A stretch of DNA of 64,000 nucleotides from Tubulanus polymorphus (lineage: Eukaryota; Animalia; Nemertea), in NCBI RefSeq assembly GCF_964204645.1, contig NC_134028.1, forward strand, positions 2,108,001-2,172,000, written 5' to 3'. The notes under the pieces are model-generated. The model was not told the origin of the DNA and made no database searches. It saw only the letters and a list, made by a program, of their open reading frames with translations. How positions within the stretch are numbered: position 1 is the stretch's first letter; each line of letters opens with the position of its first letter. Both the position numbers and the translations under genes were made by a program. Positions 39,701-51,373 of the stretch are shown in pieces.

Positions 39701-40890
39701 AAGTTCTTAAAACTTCATCAAATTCGAATTAGCAACACTTTATCAGCGTTAGAACATTTAACGAACAATATTCAAAAGAGCAAGTTTCAACCACACGTCA
39801 CATGGTTGATGGTTTATTCATTATTGGTACAAATAGCATTGTATAAGTAATCTCGGATCTCCTGCGTTTAATTGCCTTAAATCCTATTTTTTTGTGTAGC
39901 CCTTAAGATTCACCTGAGTGCCGAATGTAAAACTATACTGGATAAACTTGGTGGTTATACAGTGATTGAGCGCGGTCTCGTCAAAATGAAGGTATTTCAA
40001 ATGATGTTTCGAACTCTACTCACAAGCCGAATGTAATAATCTGCATTCACAAGTTATCGACATTTTAATTCGGTATTCAGGGCAAAGGTGAACTGATGAC
40101 GTATTGGTTACAAGACGAAGACGCCGAATATCGACTTCGACGTCTCGAATCATCGAAGAAAGTTCGCCCGATCGTCGAAACGACCGCCAGTACACCGACC
40201 GAGGCGCTTAAACGCGGTAAATTCCGTTCGTTTGGCGGACATCCAGCCAACGAGGTTTCCACGCCAAAAGTGAAACTTCGATCACAAAAAAGTGACAATC
40301 CTAACGATAAAAGTATTATGAGCATTATTCGAGAGATGGGTATGAACGATAAGAATGCAAAAGGTTTAAAACTATCGGACACCCAGCCGTCGCCCCGCGA
40401 CCGAACGTCGGCAAATTTCGGCCGGTCAGAAAATTCACCTACATCGTCCAATTGTGATAACGTATTTTCATGTGATAGTCCAATTCGTAGTCCTGGTCGG
40501 AATCCAGCGTTACATAGGCGCGGTTTCTCAGAGGACGATAGTAAACATTCTCAACGTAGTTTAAATTCTCTAGGGCCACAACGAACGAACACAGTCGATA
40601 TACCAGACGCGCGAGTGTCGCCAACAACCAGACCCACTTTCTTGGACGTGGCAGATCCATGCGAAACGGAGCGCCTCCTAGTGGATCACTCGGACGAACA
40701 ACAAAACAATGAACAATTTAGTTTAGTGACCCTGCATCCGGATGGTCGAAGCGTCATAGAGTCGAATGACGTCACCGTGGATGTTGACGGTTTCAAAAAT
40801 AACCATACGAGGGGAAACAATAATAAAAGTTCGCTTGTAAAACAAGCAACAATATCTGAGGGTCACACCCAATTCGCTGAACACGTTTAA
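25810..40890 (+). CDS. Receptor-type (transmembrane) guanylyl cyclase, Gyc32E/Gyc76C-like; 5'-partial, 20 exons, ~1194 aa in window
   Basis: GT-AG exons in consistent phase: 25810-26116, 26667-26813, 26896-27140, 27913-28048, 28128-28273, 28401-28494, 28613-28688, 29310-29412, 29986-30141, 33169-33273, 34374-34445, 34596-34758, 34964-35113, 36052-36226, 36805-36945, 38503-38626, 39260-39503, 39600-39698, 39900-39991, 40081-40890 (TAA). Motifs: [92 protein letters not shown]. Confidence 0.95.
27187..27525. mobile_element. MITE family A, second copy (inverted), in a guanylyl cyclase intron
   Basis: Reverse complement of 2229-2567. TSD atgttatac / atgttacac (8 of 9 match). Confidence 0.9.
28613..28688 (+). 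CDS. Guanylyl cyclase transmembrane exon
   Basis: Spliced frame gives [25 protein letters not shown]; the next exon gives [15 protein letters not shown]. Confidence 0.9.
29986..36226 (+). CDS. Guanylyl cyclase kinase-homology (pseudokinase) domain exons
   Basis: [11 protein letters not shown]; [16 protein letters not shown]; [10 protein letters not shown]; HGNLKSSNC (no catalytic HRD Asp); FWTAPE; [13 protein letters not shown]. Confidence 0.92.
30515..31030. repeat. Imperfect (AAT)n microsatellite / low-complexity tract in a guanylyl cyclase intron
   Basis: Long runs of aataataat. Confidence 0.95.
36805..40890 (+). CDS. Guanylyl cyclase dimerisation helix, catalytic domain and long C-terminal tail exons
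   Basis: [25 protein letters not shown]...LLHRMLP. Metal-binding Asp residues (SDIC, IGDA) and GTP-specifying Glu (VETIG) and Cys (RYCLFG) are present. Last exon starts [10 protein letters not shown] and continues ~255 aa. Confidence 0.95.
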
Positions 40891-41849
40891 CCTTTTTTCG
40901 TGGAATTTATCTGTCTCTAATATGGCGGCTGATTTGGGGCATTAGGAAAATTGAAATCAAGGCCGTTCCGACGAACATTTTTTGCGAGGGAAATTTCTAT
41001 TTCTCTATGCGAGAAAACAGGAAATACTGTTTTCGCACGTAAAATGATACCGACCGGGGATCAGCCACCATAGTCTTAAGGTTATATAGAAAAATATTGT
41101 GTGGTTTTCAAAGGTATTCTAATGTTATTTCATGAATTGGTTTTTGATTATTTGAATATCGTTGTATTAAGTGGTATAAGAATTAAATATTTAGTTTGTT
41201 TCTATTCGAGGTGTGTTTTCTTATCAATTCATTATAGATATTCACGTTTTATGAAAGTTAATCCATAGCCTTATTCGTTATCCTTTCGAAATAATCGGTT
41301 TTGATTTTTCGAAATCCCTACAAAATTACCAGAACGATCTCAAAACTAAAATGTCAACACATTACTTATGAATATGGGGTTTTAGTTTGCATTCGGAAAA
41401 CAAACATTCTTCGAAAAATGAACCTACAAATAATTACTTTGAATCGGTGTGTAAACTAGCAATACGGTTGATAGAAAAGATTATTTTATTCCTACGAAAA
41501 ATAGTACACTTTTTTACCAATTCACCTCCGGGGCTCTGTTTCTAATAACATATAGGAAACATTGACTCGTGTCCAATTAACAATTGAGTACATAATACTG
41601 AATGCATGGCACAATCTAAGCAGTACCTTTCACAGTGAGCGGTTTTGCCGCTAATACTTATTTCAAAGTTGACTATAAGAAAACTTGAAATGAAATGTTT
41701 TATTACTTCATGTTTAAAGCTGATGATACCGTCTGACAGTCGCTGTTTAGTCGAATCTAGGCCGCGAAAAAGCCAACAGTCATTCGCAGAAATGAAATTG
41801 ACGGCTCTGTCCGGGTTTGCTCCCCGAACTCGCTTCCACCAGCCCCCAG

Positions 41850-42008
41850 GGCAAAATTCGGTTTTCGTATCTAGTCGACTACAGGGCGGAACTAATAACC
41901 GAATGCGCTTAATTTCCGAACTTTTTCCGGAATATAGTTCCGACTAACTGACATTCGGTTTCATTTAGTTCGACTTAAGTCGGCTAATTCCGATAACCGA
42001 AGTTCGCC
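41850..42008. mobile_element. Harbinger-like MITE family C copy with CAG TSD
   Basis: cag|ggcaaaattcggtt...aaccgaagttcgcc|cag. Reverse-complement relative of the 11170 element. Confidence 0.72.
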
Positions 42009-44288
42009 CAGGCCTCACGACGCGCGCTTTCATTACCAGCGATTTAGCGCATGGCGTCATCAACTCGCGAAATACTTCCTTGTTCGTTAAACGTTCGTTG
42101 ATTGGTCTATTTAACGGGAAATTCAACAGAAGCCAATGTCGTTTGTTACGAGCGCTGTGATTGGTACGACCGATTCTAGTAGTAACGACACCAACGAATC
42201 GCCTGGTCATGGGGTTCGGGAAACGGCTTTAGCTTAGTGAATCGCTTGATGGGTGATGATACGTATAACGATTAAATCGGATTTTCCGTTACCTTATTGA
42301 AGTGACGTACGTTAATTCTTACAACAAAAACACGAATTCACAACACACTTTAAATCTATCTGATTTCATGTTTGAACTATTTTAATTCATAGCAATTTTA
42401 CCAGGAGAAAATGGAGAAAAGAAGCAAAAACAAATTAAAATAAAAAGCAGAAAATAACTATAACATAAATTGGCCTTGTGGCCGAAACACATAGGAATGG
42501 CGAGAAATGCGTCCTCGTATGTTTTGTTAGTGATAATGATTTGCGACCGACTGAAGAGACTAAAATCAGAAATTGTGTCCGTGTTCAAAATTTGTTGATA
42601 TTACAATGTTATGACTAATAAAACATTAACTGCTCACCCATTAAAATGTAGCTCATCACGTCTCATTTCATAACGTTCATTAGAGCACGTGCTATCGCGC
42701 TAACACAGAATTTGCATGATTTCATGCGCTTTTTCTCAAGGGCGTAACAACACAGCATGCAACAGCCGATTGTGGGAAAAATTAGAACATATTGTTAATC
42801 ACAGCTTGTTAATTGGATTATATTATTGCAGAATTATAAACACATGAACTCCAACTTCTCAAAACTTCAGCTGCACGTTTGAATGGACTCACAAATTCGA
42901 TCATATCATTTCCAGTGTTTTGCACCTTCACATGGTTAACCGTTTCTACAAGAATCCAGATTCTCAATAAAATGCTGCATCTAATTTAGTATTTTACTAT
43001 CTTTCTGAGTGAAACATGTATAACTTAATTGTACCGTATATGAATACAATTTCATTAATTTGTACATTCAGGTCCTTATCTAAACACTTATGATTTTTTC
43101 TATCACCGGTTTGCGTATTAACGACTACTCGAATATACAATATCAATCGCATTTCACTAAAATGAATTCGATCATCACATGGCGTTACTTTCCCTTTCAA
43201 CAATTTATTAAACTCCTCCATTCGTTGAGGGTTCAGTGTTCATCTAAATGAAACAAGAATCAATACCCGGTACGTACTCCTGGAATAATACGGATTCTAC
43301 TTGATACTAATTTTCAGGTCGCGTACCCACATTTCGAATATTAAGATAGCGTTATGAAATGATGTATATTCAATTATGGGGCAACATAGAGACGTGTTTG
43401 TTTATTATATTAATACTTTGAATATGTCCTCGTAATTAACATCTGTCTGACAGTTCTGACCGCGTTCACAGTTTCTACATTTGTCCTGGTATGTCTGAGA
43501 CCAAGGGTAAAAATATAGGGGTGAATTTAGTTTAAAAAAGGATTTGTTTAGGATAGGAAGTCTGGGTCGAAGTTAGGCTCGACAGTCGGATTCGGAGCTC
43601 CTTTTGCTTCGTGAAATCTACGGGCCGAATATTGAGTCGGTGCTCGACGAATCGAATCAAAAAATACAGATCGTCTTTCAATCATGGAGTCACTATTTAC
43701 TATATTCTGGATATTTGGATGAAGTTATCGGAACAACGCATCGGACGTATAAGAGAGCAAAGCCAACCTACCTGCTCTTCTATTTCAATCATTTTCAGTA
43801 AAGTATAAAGTCTAAAGACTGAATTATGAAAGAAACATAAAGGGTGAGCTCTAGATGTGCTAAAGGCTGAGTAATTGGTTACTCGACTAATTAGTGATAT
43901 ATAGCGATATTGATACGAAGATTATGTATGATATTCCATCCTATCACCGACACTACTATAACGTAAGGAGATTCAATACCAGCCCAGTAATCGTTTTGCA
44001 TTCAACAAAACGGAGGATTGGATTAACCCCTTCATTAATTATTTAAACTACAGCAAAAACCTTCATTTACACAACTATCCAGCCAAAGAGGAGTGTGGAT
44101 TCTATTTGTGATGATTTGGCTCTTTGAAGTTAATTTCGCAATCGATGGCTCTTCATGCGTTTATAATAGAAGTAATAATACAGAATTGATAATATCATAT
44201 TAGTTGTGAAATTGAACTTTGAAAACTCTTCAGATATAATATAACTATTAATATGACAGGTGTTAAACTAAAACCACATTGAATATTA

Positions 44289-44347
44289 TATATAAACAGG
44301 CTTTGAGAAGTGTAAAATCGTTTCATTCAACGTGAATGAACTGAAAG
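44289..44347 (+). promoter_or_regulatory. TATA box, Inr-like TCATTC and short non-coding first exon of copy 1
   Basis: TATATAAA at 44289, TCATTC at 44323, donor AAG|GTAAGT at 44347/8, acceptor tttatag at 44709 two bases before the ATG. Confidence 0.6.
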
Positions 44348-44711
44348 GTAAGTTCAAACAATTATCATTTTTCATCTTAGGTATCTCACGTTCGATCTTA
44401 TCATCCGAATTGGAAATGATAACGGCGGTAGTATTAGATTTTCACTCCTACCTTCCTGGTTACGAGGCATGTATCACTCAAACGTACCGGTATAGAACAG
44501 AAATCAAGAACTCTGGTTTTTTTAAAGAAGAAAGCCTTACTTTGTCGATGAACCGAATGCAAAATAAATACAAGTAGATTTAAGTGCACTATATATGTAT
44601 CTAGTAAACTCAGCTATACGGCGAACAAACTATCTTATTTTATAGAATACTCACCAATATTCTCACTCATGAAAGTTATACACTGAAAAAGGATCAATTT
44701 TCTTTATAGAA

Positions 44712-47700
44712 ATGATGTGGAAATTCCTTTGTTCTGTTGTTTTTGCCTTTTGCTGTGTTGAACTGATTTCATCACAAAACCCAACAAGTAACGTATCTTT
44801 ACGTGGATCATTTAAAATATATATAGAATATTTGATAATGAAATTTTGAAAAACATTGAAAGATTGATAATGAAAAATATTGAACTTTTTCTAACACAAC
44901 TCAACATTTCTTTGTCAGCATGTAAGAACACTGATGAAGGGACAGCATACCAGGGCACGAAGTCTACGACCATTTCTGGCAGAACTTGTGACTTTTGGTC
45001 AAACCATCCCGGTTCTTACTCGTTCCCAGCGGGTGAAACTGCGACGAGTGCTAAAAACTACTGTCGTAATCCCGGAGCAGTTCAGGATACTAGAGTAGTA
45101 ACTGGATTTTACACCAATCCCATGCGAGCGGGACCTTGGTGTTATACAACGGATGCGTATGTGTGGGATTATTGTGACATCCCAAAATGCGGTGATCCTC
45201 CTCGAGATCCTGGTGAGTAAAATGTATAAAGTATATAAATACATAAATATATTCATATTTTGGGAGCGACTAAGATTTCGTCTAAAAAGAACGAAATTAA
45301 CGAAATGATATTCTACAGGTGTTAACTGTGCCACCTACTTGAAAGGTTATTTCATTTATAATGGATCGCTTAGTGTCGCCAACACCGGTCAGAAGTGTGT
45401 TTATGCTCCTAGGCTGGAAGCATTTCGAACAACTATCGGGTATGTATCAGCGTGTAAAATTTTTTCAAATTATCATGAATCTGAATTAGTCTGAAGTTAA
45501 TCTTTTCCTGTCTTGTAGGGGATCAATACAGACGCAAATCAAACGAGGCGATCGATGTTATTTCTACAAAGGCATGGCGCAGAGGATGTTGGGGTGCTGG
45601 GTTTATGAAGGAGATACCACAACCGATGCAACCGCCTTTATGTTTAGACCTTGCACATTTCCAGTTTATTGTAGTAAGTTCGAAGCCTGTCGATCAGTTG
45701 CATCATCATAAGATAAAAACCCACTATGTACAAATTAAAAGAATTTTAAAATGGAGAATTAATTTATTGAAATAAATCTAAAATATGAAATACACGACTT
45801 AACGATCGCATCCTAGAGATCATCGTCAGGTGTGATTTGTACATAGTGGGTTTTTATCTTACTAACCGTTCACCACGTTTGAGTGTGGTTATTGTACGAG
45901 CTGCATTATGGACTCCAGAGTATTAGAGTCCATGGTTGCTTTTAACGCGTTTTTTAAACCGGTGAATTACAGAAGTTTTCTTTCTCCATTTATTTCAGAC
46001 AAATACGTCCCTCCAGCAAATCCTGTAGGAGGTAACATTGGCTCTATTTTTTAGTATACTTGATATATTCATATTATTCAATCGATGCGATTAATGAATG
46101 TGCATATTGAGGTGAATTGAACGTGATTCCTGTACATTAGTGCGTGTGTGTCATTGCATAACAGAATGCTGTTAATTTTCATTTCGAAGATTCATCATAA
46201 AATGCCTGACACCGTTTATTTTACCTCTTAGGCGATCCATATATTCTTACTATTCAATTGATTTAATCCAATTTCAGGTACTGCATGCCAACCCGCTTGT
46301 TCGGATCGTCAAAGCTGCGTCAATAATATTTGTCAGTGCAAAACAGGATTAGTAACCAGTGGAACGACGTGTTCATGTCCCTCGGTAAATCTTTACTGGG
46401 ACACAACTACGTTAACTTGCCAGCGTAAGTGCAACAAACTCATAATGTCCATCTGCTTGAAATTTTACCATATTCACCGCATAGAAATTAATTTGCCATT
46501 GATTAAACATCAGAATAATTTCATGTTGCATCAATTATTTCTACGTTTAAAGCTGCGTGTCAAGGTCGTTGCAAAGATAGGGAGATATGCGTCAATGGAA
46601 ATACTTGTGAGTGTGTAACTGGATTCAATAGATCTCCAAGCGGAATTTGTGAACGTGAGTTCATTCGAAGATACTTTTTCATATTCAACTGCATCGAAAT
46701 GTGACCAAAACCCTCAAATAACGCAATAAGATTATTGTTGTTTTTCATTTAACAGCTCCTCCTACAACATGTCAGAAAATATGTAGAGCGTATGGCGATC
46801 CGCATTTCCTATCATTCGATGGGTTGAGTTTCAGTTTTCATGGCTCTTGCACATACATACTAGCAGAATACAATGTACCAGGATCAACGTGTCGGTTCAG
46901 AATCTCATTGAGAAGTGTTAGAGCTACACCGAGTGTTGCTGCTACCTTTTCAACCGTTCTCATGTTTGAATCGCTCACACCAGGACAAACATTTTCGACT
47001 CGATTCAACCGAATTTCTAAGGAATTAATGGTAAGCTTCTGTTATCCCCGATTTTATCATTATCTTATGATGGCAAAATCTGAGAAGTCAATCTCGTTTA
47101 ATTGGATGGCTTAATGAAGACGTCTGCTAAAATATGAATCGATTTAGTTATTAATGAACTGTTGAATGCTATTACTGAAAGGAAGTATGTATTACGATTC
47201 TATTTGATTATACTGTGGCTTATTGCAAAATCGATAGCACATGTGATTTCGGATTCGACACATATTTTCACTCATTTTCAGATCAATAATAAATTGTCTT
47301 CAAGTCCATATGTTGGATTACCCGGTGATTACCAGGTTGGTTATGAATTGGGAATGTTTTTTGTGAGAAGCGCTCAATGCAGTATTGATGTCACATTCAG
47401 AGATTATTCACTGATCATACAGCTCGGAAAAGCAACTGTAAATACCTACGCAGGTATTACATTACGAATGTTCCTTATTCTAGACACTAGAAAATCGTTC
47501 CACAGTTCTGACTATATTTCATTTTGAACCTCTCAAAGTGAACGGAACTTTAAATCATTCTGTGTCCTTTAAAGTAACACGTCAGTGGGATAATGGAAAG
47601 TAATCATTTTCAATCCGTACACAGGTAATCTGATTGGTCTATGCGGTAACTGTGACGGAAATAAAACTAACGACCTCGATAATTGTTCGCAAGGCACGAT

Positions 47701-50700
47701 GACGATCGGTTCTATAGGAAGAACGACATTAAGGGATTCCTGTTTAGCGAGCGATGCAGAATTATCATTAAGGCCCAGGTATTGTGAACGAGTGATTATC
47801 ATAAAGATAATGGCACATTAAAGCACTCCATATAAATTTGTAAATAAGTAATTAAATTTCTTGCTATATTCCAACTCATACCTTTCAGTTGCGTAAAACC
47901 GACACCTCCAGTTACCTGCGAAAAAAGTATCCTTGATGCATTGGGATCGGACAAACAAAAATGCGCTCTGTTGAAGTATGTTCTAACCAAATATATTCTG
48001 CTTGTTCTACACATTATATAGCAAGTGATTTGAAAATGATTCTGTTAATTTAAGGTTATCACCGGGCCCATTCGCCCAGTGTTTGGCTAGTGGCGTGGTG
48101 GACGTTGCGCCATTTTTCGAATCATGTAAAGCCGACGCGTGTTACACACAAGCAGATATAAACAAACAACAAGAAATAATTTGCGCGAGTCTAAGCACAT
48201 TTGAGGTGAAATGTAGAGAGGCTGGGTTTACAACTGATGTTTGGAGATCAGCAACTTTCTGTCGTTAGTATCCAACATAAATGTACATGTGTTATGGTTA
48301 ATGTAAAAATACATGCGATAAGATCGTCCTTCTACAACAAACATGATAGAAAGATAATCTTATTTCCCTAGGAGCAACTTTTTCAATATTTGTTATTTCT
48401 GTTACAGCACCGCCTGTATGCCCACAAAATTCACATTACAACCACAGTGCTGTTACCCCTCGACCAACATGCACACAACCGTTCCAATACCATGCAGCAA
48501 ACGCCGTCAAATTACCATTGTGTATTTGCGACGATGGGTACATACTTTCTGGACAAATATGTATTCTCAAATCAAAATGTGGTATGTATCAATTTCAAAA
48601 AGGGACAAAATATACATTGTTTCTATACTCACAGATTCTTTTATATAAACGTCAAGAATTACGTAATTCAACATTACAGATGTATGTGCGAAGTCTCAGT
48701 GTAAAAATGGTGGAATTTGTGAACCACAAAACAGTGATTACAGATGTATCTGTCAAAAAGACTATACAGGACAGTACTGTGAAAACGGTAAGGTTATCAG
48801 TCTGATTGTATTGTTAGTGCAATTAGTTCACATAGACGAAACGTGGTTTTTCATTTTAGATTTTCTAATGAAATATGGTAAAAATTTGATTTTCTTATGA
48901 ACTGTTTTCAATTTCTAAGAAAAAGGAAATTGAAACCATTATACGTTTTTTCACAGGTCCTGGTAATTTATGTGATCCAAATCCATGCAATGGTGGGGTG
49001 TGCCAGATTGATCCATATGGTGAAGTAGTTTGCCAATGTCCAGAGTCCCTTACTGGAGAAAGGTGTACAATGCCAGTACCTGTTGGTAAGTATTGAAATA
49101 CCACTTTCCCACTTTTAGAATAACTGAGAAAATCTTTGTACAGGTTTTATTCTATCCTTTAGATCCCTGTTCGTCAAACCCATGTAAAAATGGTCTGTGT
49201 CAAATTCTGCTGGTAAATGGCGTTCCGAACACATACACTTGCAGCTGCGATCCGGATTATACTGGGGATCAATGTCAATGCGGCCCTAATGAACCTTACA
49301 ACGCAAATACTGGTACATGTGTCAGTAAGTATACCAGTATTTTAATGAGGAAATTGAAAATTCTCATCCATACAGATTTATCTGTGTAGCACAAGCCATT
49401 ACATAACAGATTGATGTTAATTTGATTCAGAAGATTCATCATAAAATGCTTGACACCGTTTGTTCAATATTTTAGGTAATCCATGCTCAGCAAACCCATG
49501 TGGTACAAATGGACAATGTGTTCAATCTGCAGCAGGTTACACTTGTAACTGTAATACTGGTTTTACTGGTGATCAATGTCAATGCGACCCTAACAAGCCT
49601 TACGACGCGAACTCTGGTACATGTGTCAGTAAGTATACCAGTATCTAAACAAAATAATTGATAAGAAAAATAAAATTATCAGGAATGGCCACAACATTAT
49701 GGCTATTCATGTGAAGTTTACTAAGATTTATTATGAAACGTCTGAAATCGTTTGTTTAATGTTTTAGGTAATCCATGCTTGGCAAACCCATGTGGTACAA
49801 ATGGACAATGTGTTCAATCTGCAGCAGGTTACACTTGTAACTGTAATGCTGGTTTTACTGGTGATCAATGTCAATGTGGCCCTAATACACCTTACGACGC
49901 TAACTCTGGTACATGTGTCAGTAAGTATACCAGTATCTGAACAAAATAATTGATGAGAAAAAATTCCATCCACACATATTTTCCTGTTAATACCGCTAAC
50001 AAGCCATTGCGTAGCAGATTGCTGTTAATTCGAGTTGGAAGATTTGTTCTAAAGTGCTTGACACCGTTTCTTCAATATTTTAGGTAATCCATGCTCGGCA
50101 AACCCATGTGGTACCAATGGACAATGTGTTCAATCTGGAGCAGGTTACACGTGTAACTGTAATGCTGGTTTTACCGGTGATCAATGTCAATGTGGCCCTA
50201 ATGAACCTTACGACGCAAACACTCAAGCATGCAAATTAGGCGAGTCATATTCTGACCGACAAATATTCATATGTAAAACATTTGCAAAATAAGAAATATT
50301 CTCCTGACCTCATTAATTTCTTACAGTTTGTAATAGCTGCACAGATCGACAAGTGCTCGATGCTAGTGGAATCTGTCAATGTGTATCAGGAACAACATGG
50401 AACGGATCGCAGTGCGCGTGTGATTCCAATCGCCTCTGGGACCCCGTAACGAAACAATGTTTTGGTAAAATTTTATATATCTTTGGAAGAGAGTTCAAGT
50501 ATTCGAATAACCATAAAAGCGATAACACTAACAACTTCATTTTCTAATGAGTAAATAGAGTTTATTGAGACTAACGTTTTCGGGATCATATCCCCCTCAT
50601 CAGGTGAAATACAAGTAAATGAAATGTTTAAACCAAAAGTTTTATATCATATACAACATAAGTTACAAAATTACAAGTGCTAAATTCAAAGCTACATAAA

Positions 50701-51373
50701 AACCAAGTATCTAATTACAAGCTAGTTATTTTAATACATTTAAGATAAAGGATGAGCCGTTTTGGGAAAATAGTTGATTTAAAGAGGGTCGTTGCGCTTT
50801 GATAAATAGGGCCTCCCTAGTCGGGATCAGATGAGCCTTTGTTTAGAATTTTGAATTTGTTATCACTGAATTCCTGATAACAAGAGTGACAAATTGCGAG
50901 ATGTTGTCCAATCGCAGAAGTCTTTGATCTGATCAAAGGCTCATCTGATCTCGACTGCAAAAATTAGGGAGGCCCTGTTTACTCATTAGAAAATGAGGTT
51001 TTTAATTCTATATATATTTGGAATGATCTTTGCAACATTTTAAGCTCTACCAAAGCCGCAATACCTTCTAATTAGCTATGCCTATCGTAACTTTAGATGA
51101 TATTGTTAATCATTGGCTATTACTCATGAAGATATTTCTTCTTTTCAGCGGATGTTGCCAGTGCAGGTAATTCTTAAGAAATCCATTTCAAAATTATGAT
51201 TTGGTCGAAATAATCTAATAAATGCAAATTGTTTTCATTGTGAAATATCAATCCTTTCAGGATGGTGCAGGCTATTCTTTACGAATCCATGTAGCCCAGG
51301 ATTATGCGTTTCCAATGGTCGAGGATATTACTGCATTTGTCCCAAAGGGCACACTATCACTGGATGCCGGTAG
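44712..51373 (+). CDS. Secreted mosaic protein, copy 1: signal peptide-kringle-atypical kringle-Cys-rich/EGF-VWD-C8-TIL-EGF repeats (~1042 aa, 22 coding exons); zonadhesin/FCGBP/mucin-like module
   Basis: Exons 44712-44787 ([21 protein letters not shown]), 44919-45212 (kringle, NYCRNPG...GPWCYT...WDYCDIPKC), 45319-45439, 45519-45673, 45999-46031, 46278-46424, 46553-46654, 46756-47030 ([17 protein letters not shown]), 47282-47453, 47625-47778 (GLCGNCDG), 47889-47975, 48055-48263 (C8, PFAQC...[10 protein letters not shown]), 48408-48581 (TIL-like), 48680-48787, 48957-49085, 49163-49324, 49476-49628, 49768-49920, 50084-50239, 50327-50464, 51149-51166, 51261-51373 (TAG). No TM segment. Confidence 0.88.
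45709..45861 (-). mobile_element. Short Penelope-like relic flanked by a perfect 27-bp inverted repeat
   Basis: taagataaaaacccactatgtacaaat (45709-45735) and its reverse complement (45835-45861). Interior minus strand ACAC-CTGACGA-TGATC..GATC-GTTAAGTC-GTGT resembles a decayed hammerhead. Confidence 0.55.
50533..51000 (-). mobile_element. Penelope-like retroelement 3' fragment (GIY-YIG C-terminus plus hammerhead core) with inverted segments
   Basis: Minus strand encodes [31 protein letters not shown].. and [15 protein letters not shown], like the PLE endonuclease end. CTGATGA...GAAA core at 50566-50610. Absent from the paralogous copy-2 intron. Confidence 0.78.
50566..50610 (-). ncRNA. Minimal type I hammerhead-ribozyme-like motif
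   Basis: Minus strand CAC-CTGATGA-GGGGGATATGATCCC-GAAA-ACGTT-A-GT. Stem III is palindromic (AACGTT). Stem I is weak (2 bp). Confidence 0.45.

Noticed and set aside
40077-40660. Antisense ORFs over the last cyclase exon
   Set aside because: Shadows of the sense coding exon with no independent features.
44712-51373. Plasminogen, HGF or Notch-ligand identity
   Set aside because: No serine-protease, DSL or TM domain, and a VWD-C8-TIL block is present. No gene symbol assigned.
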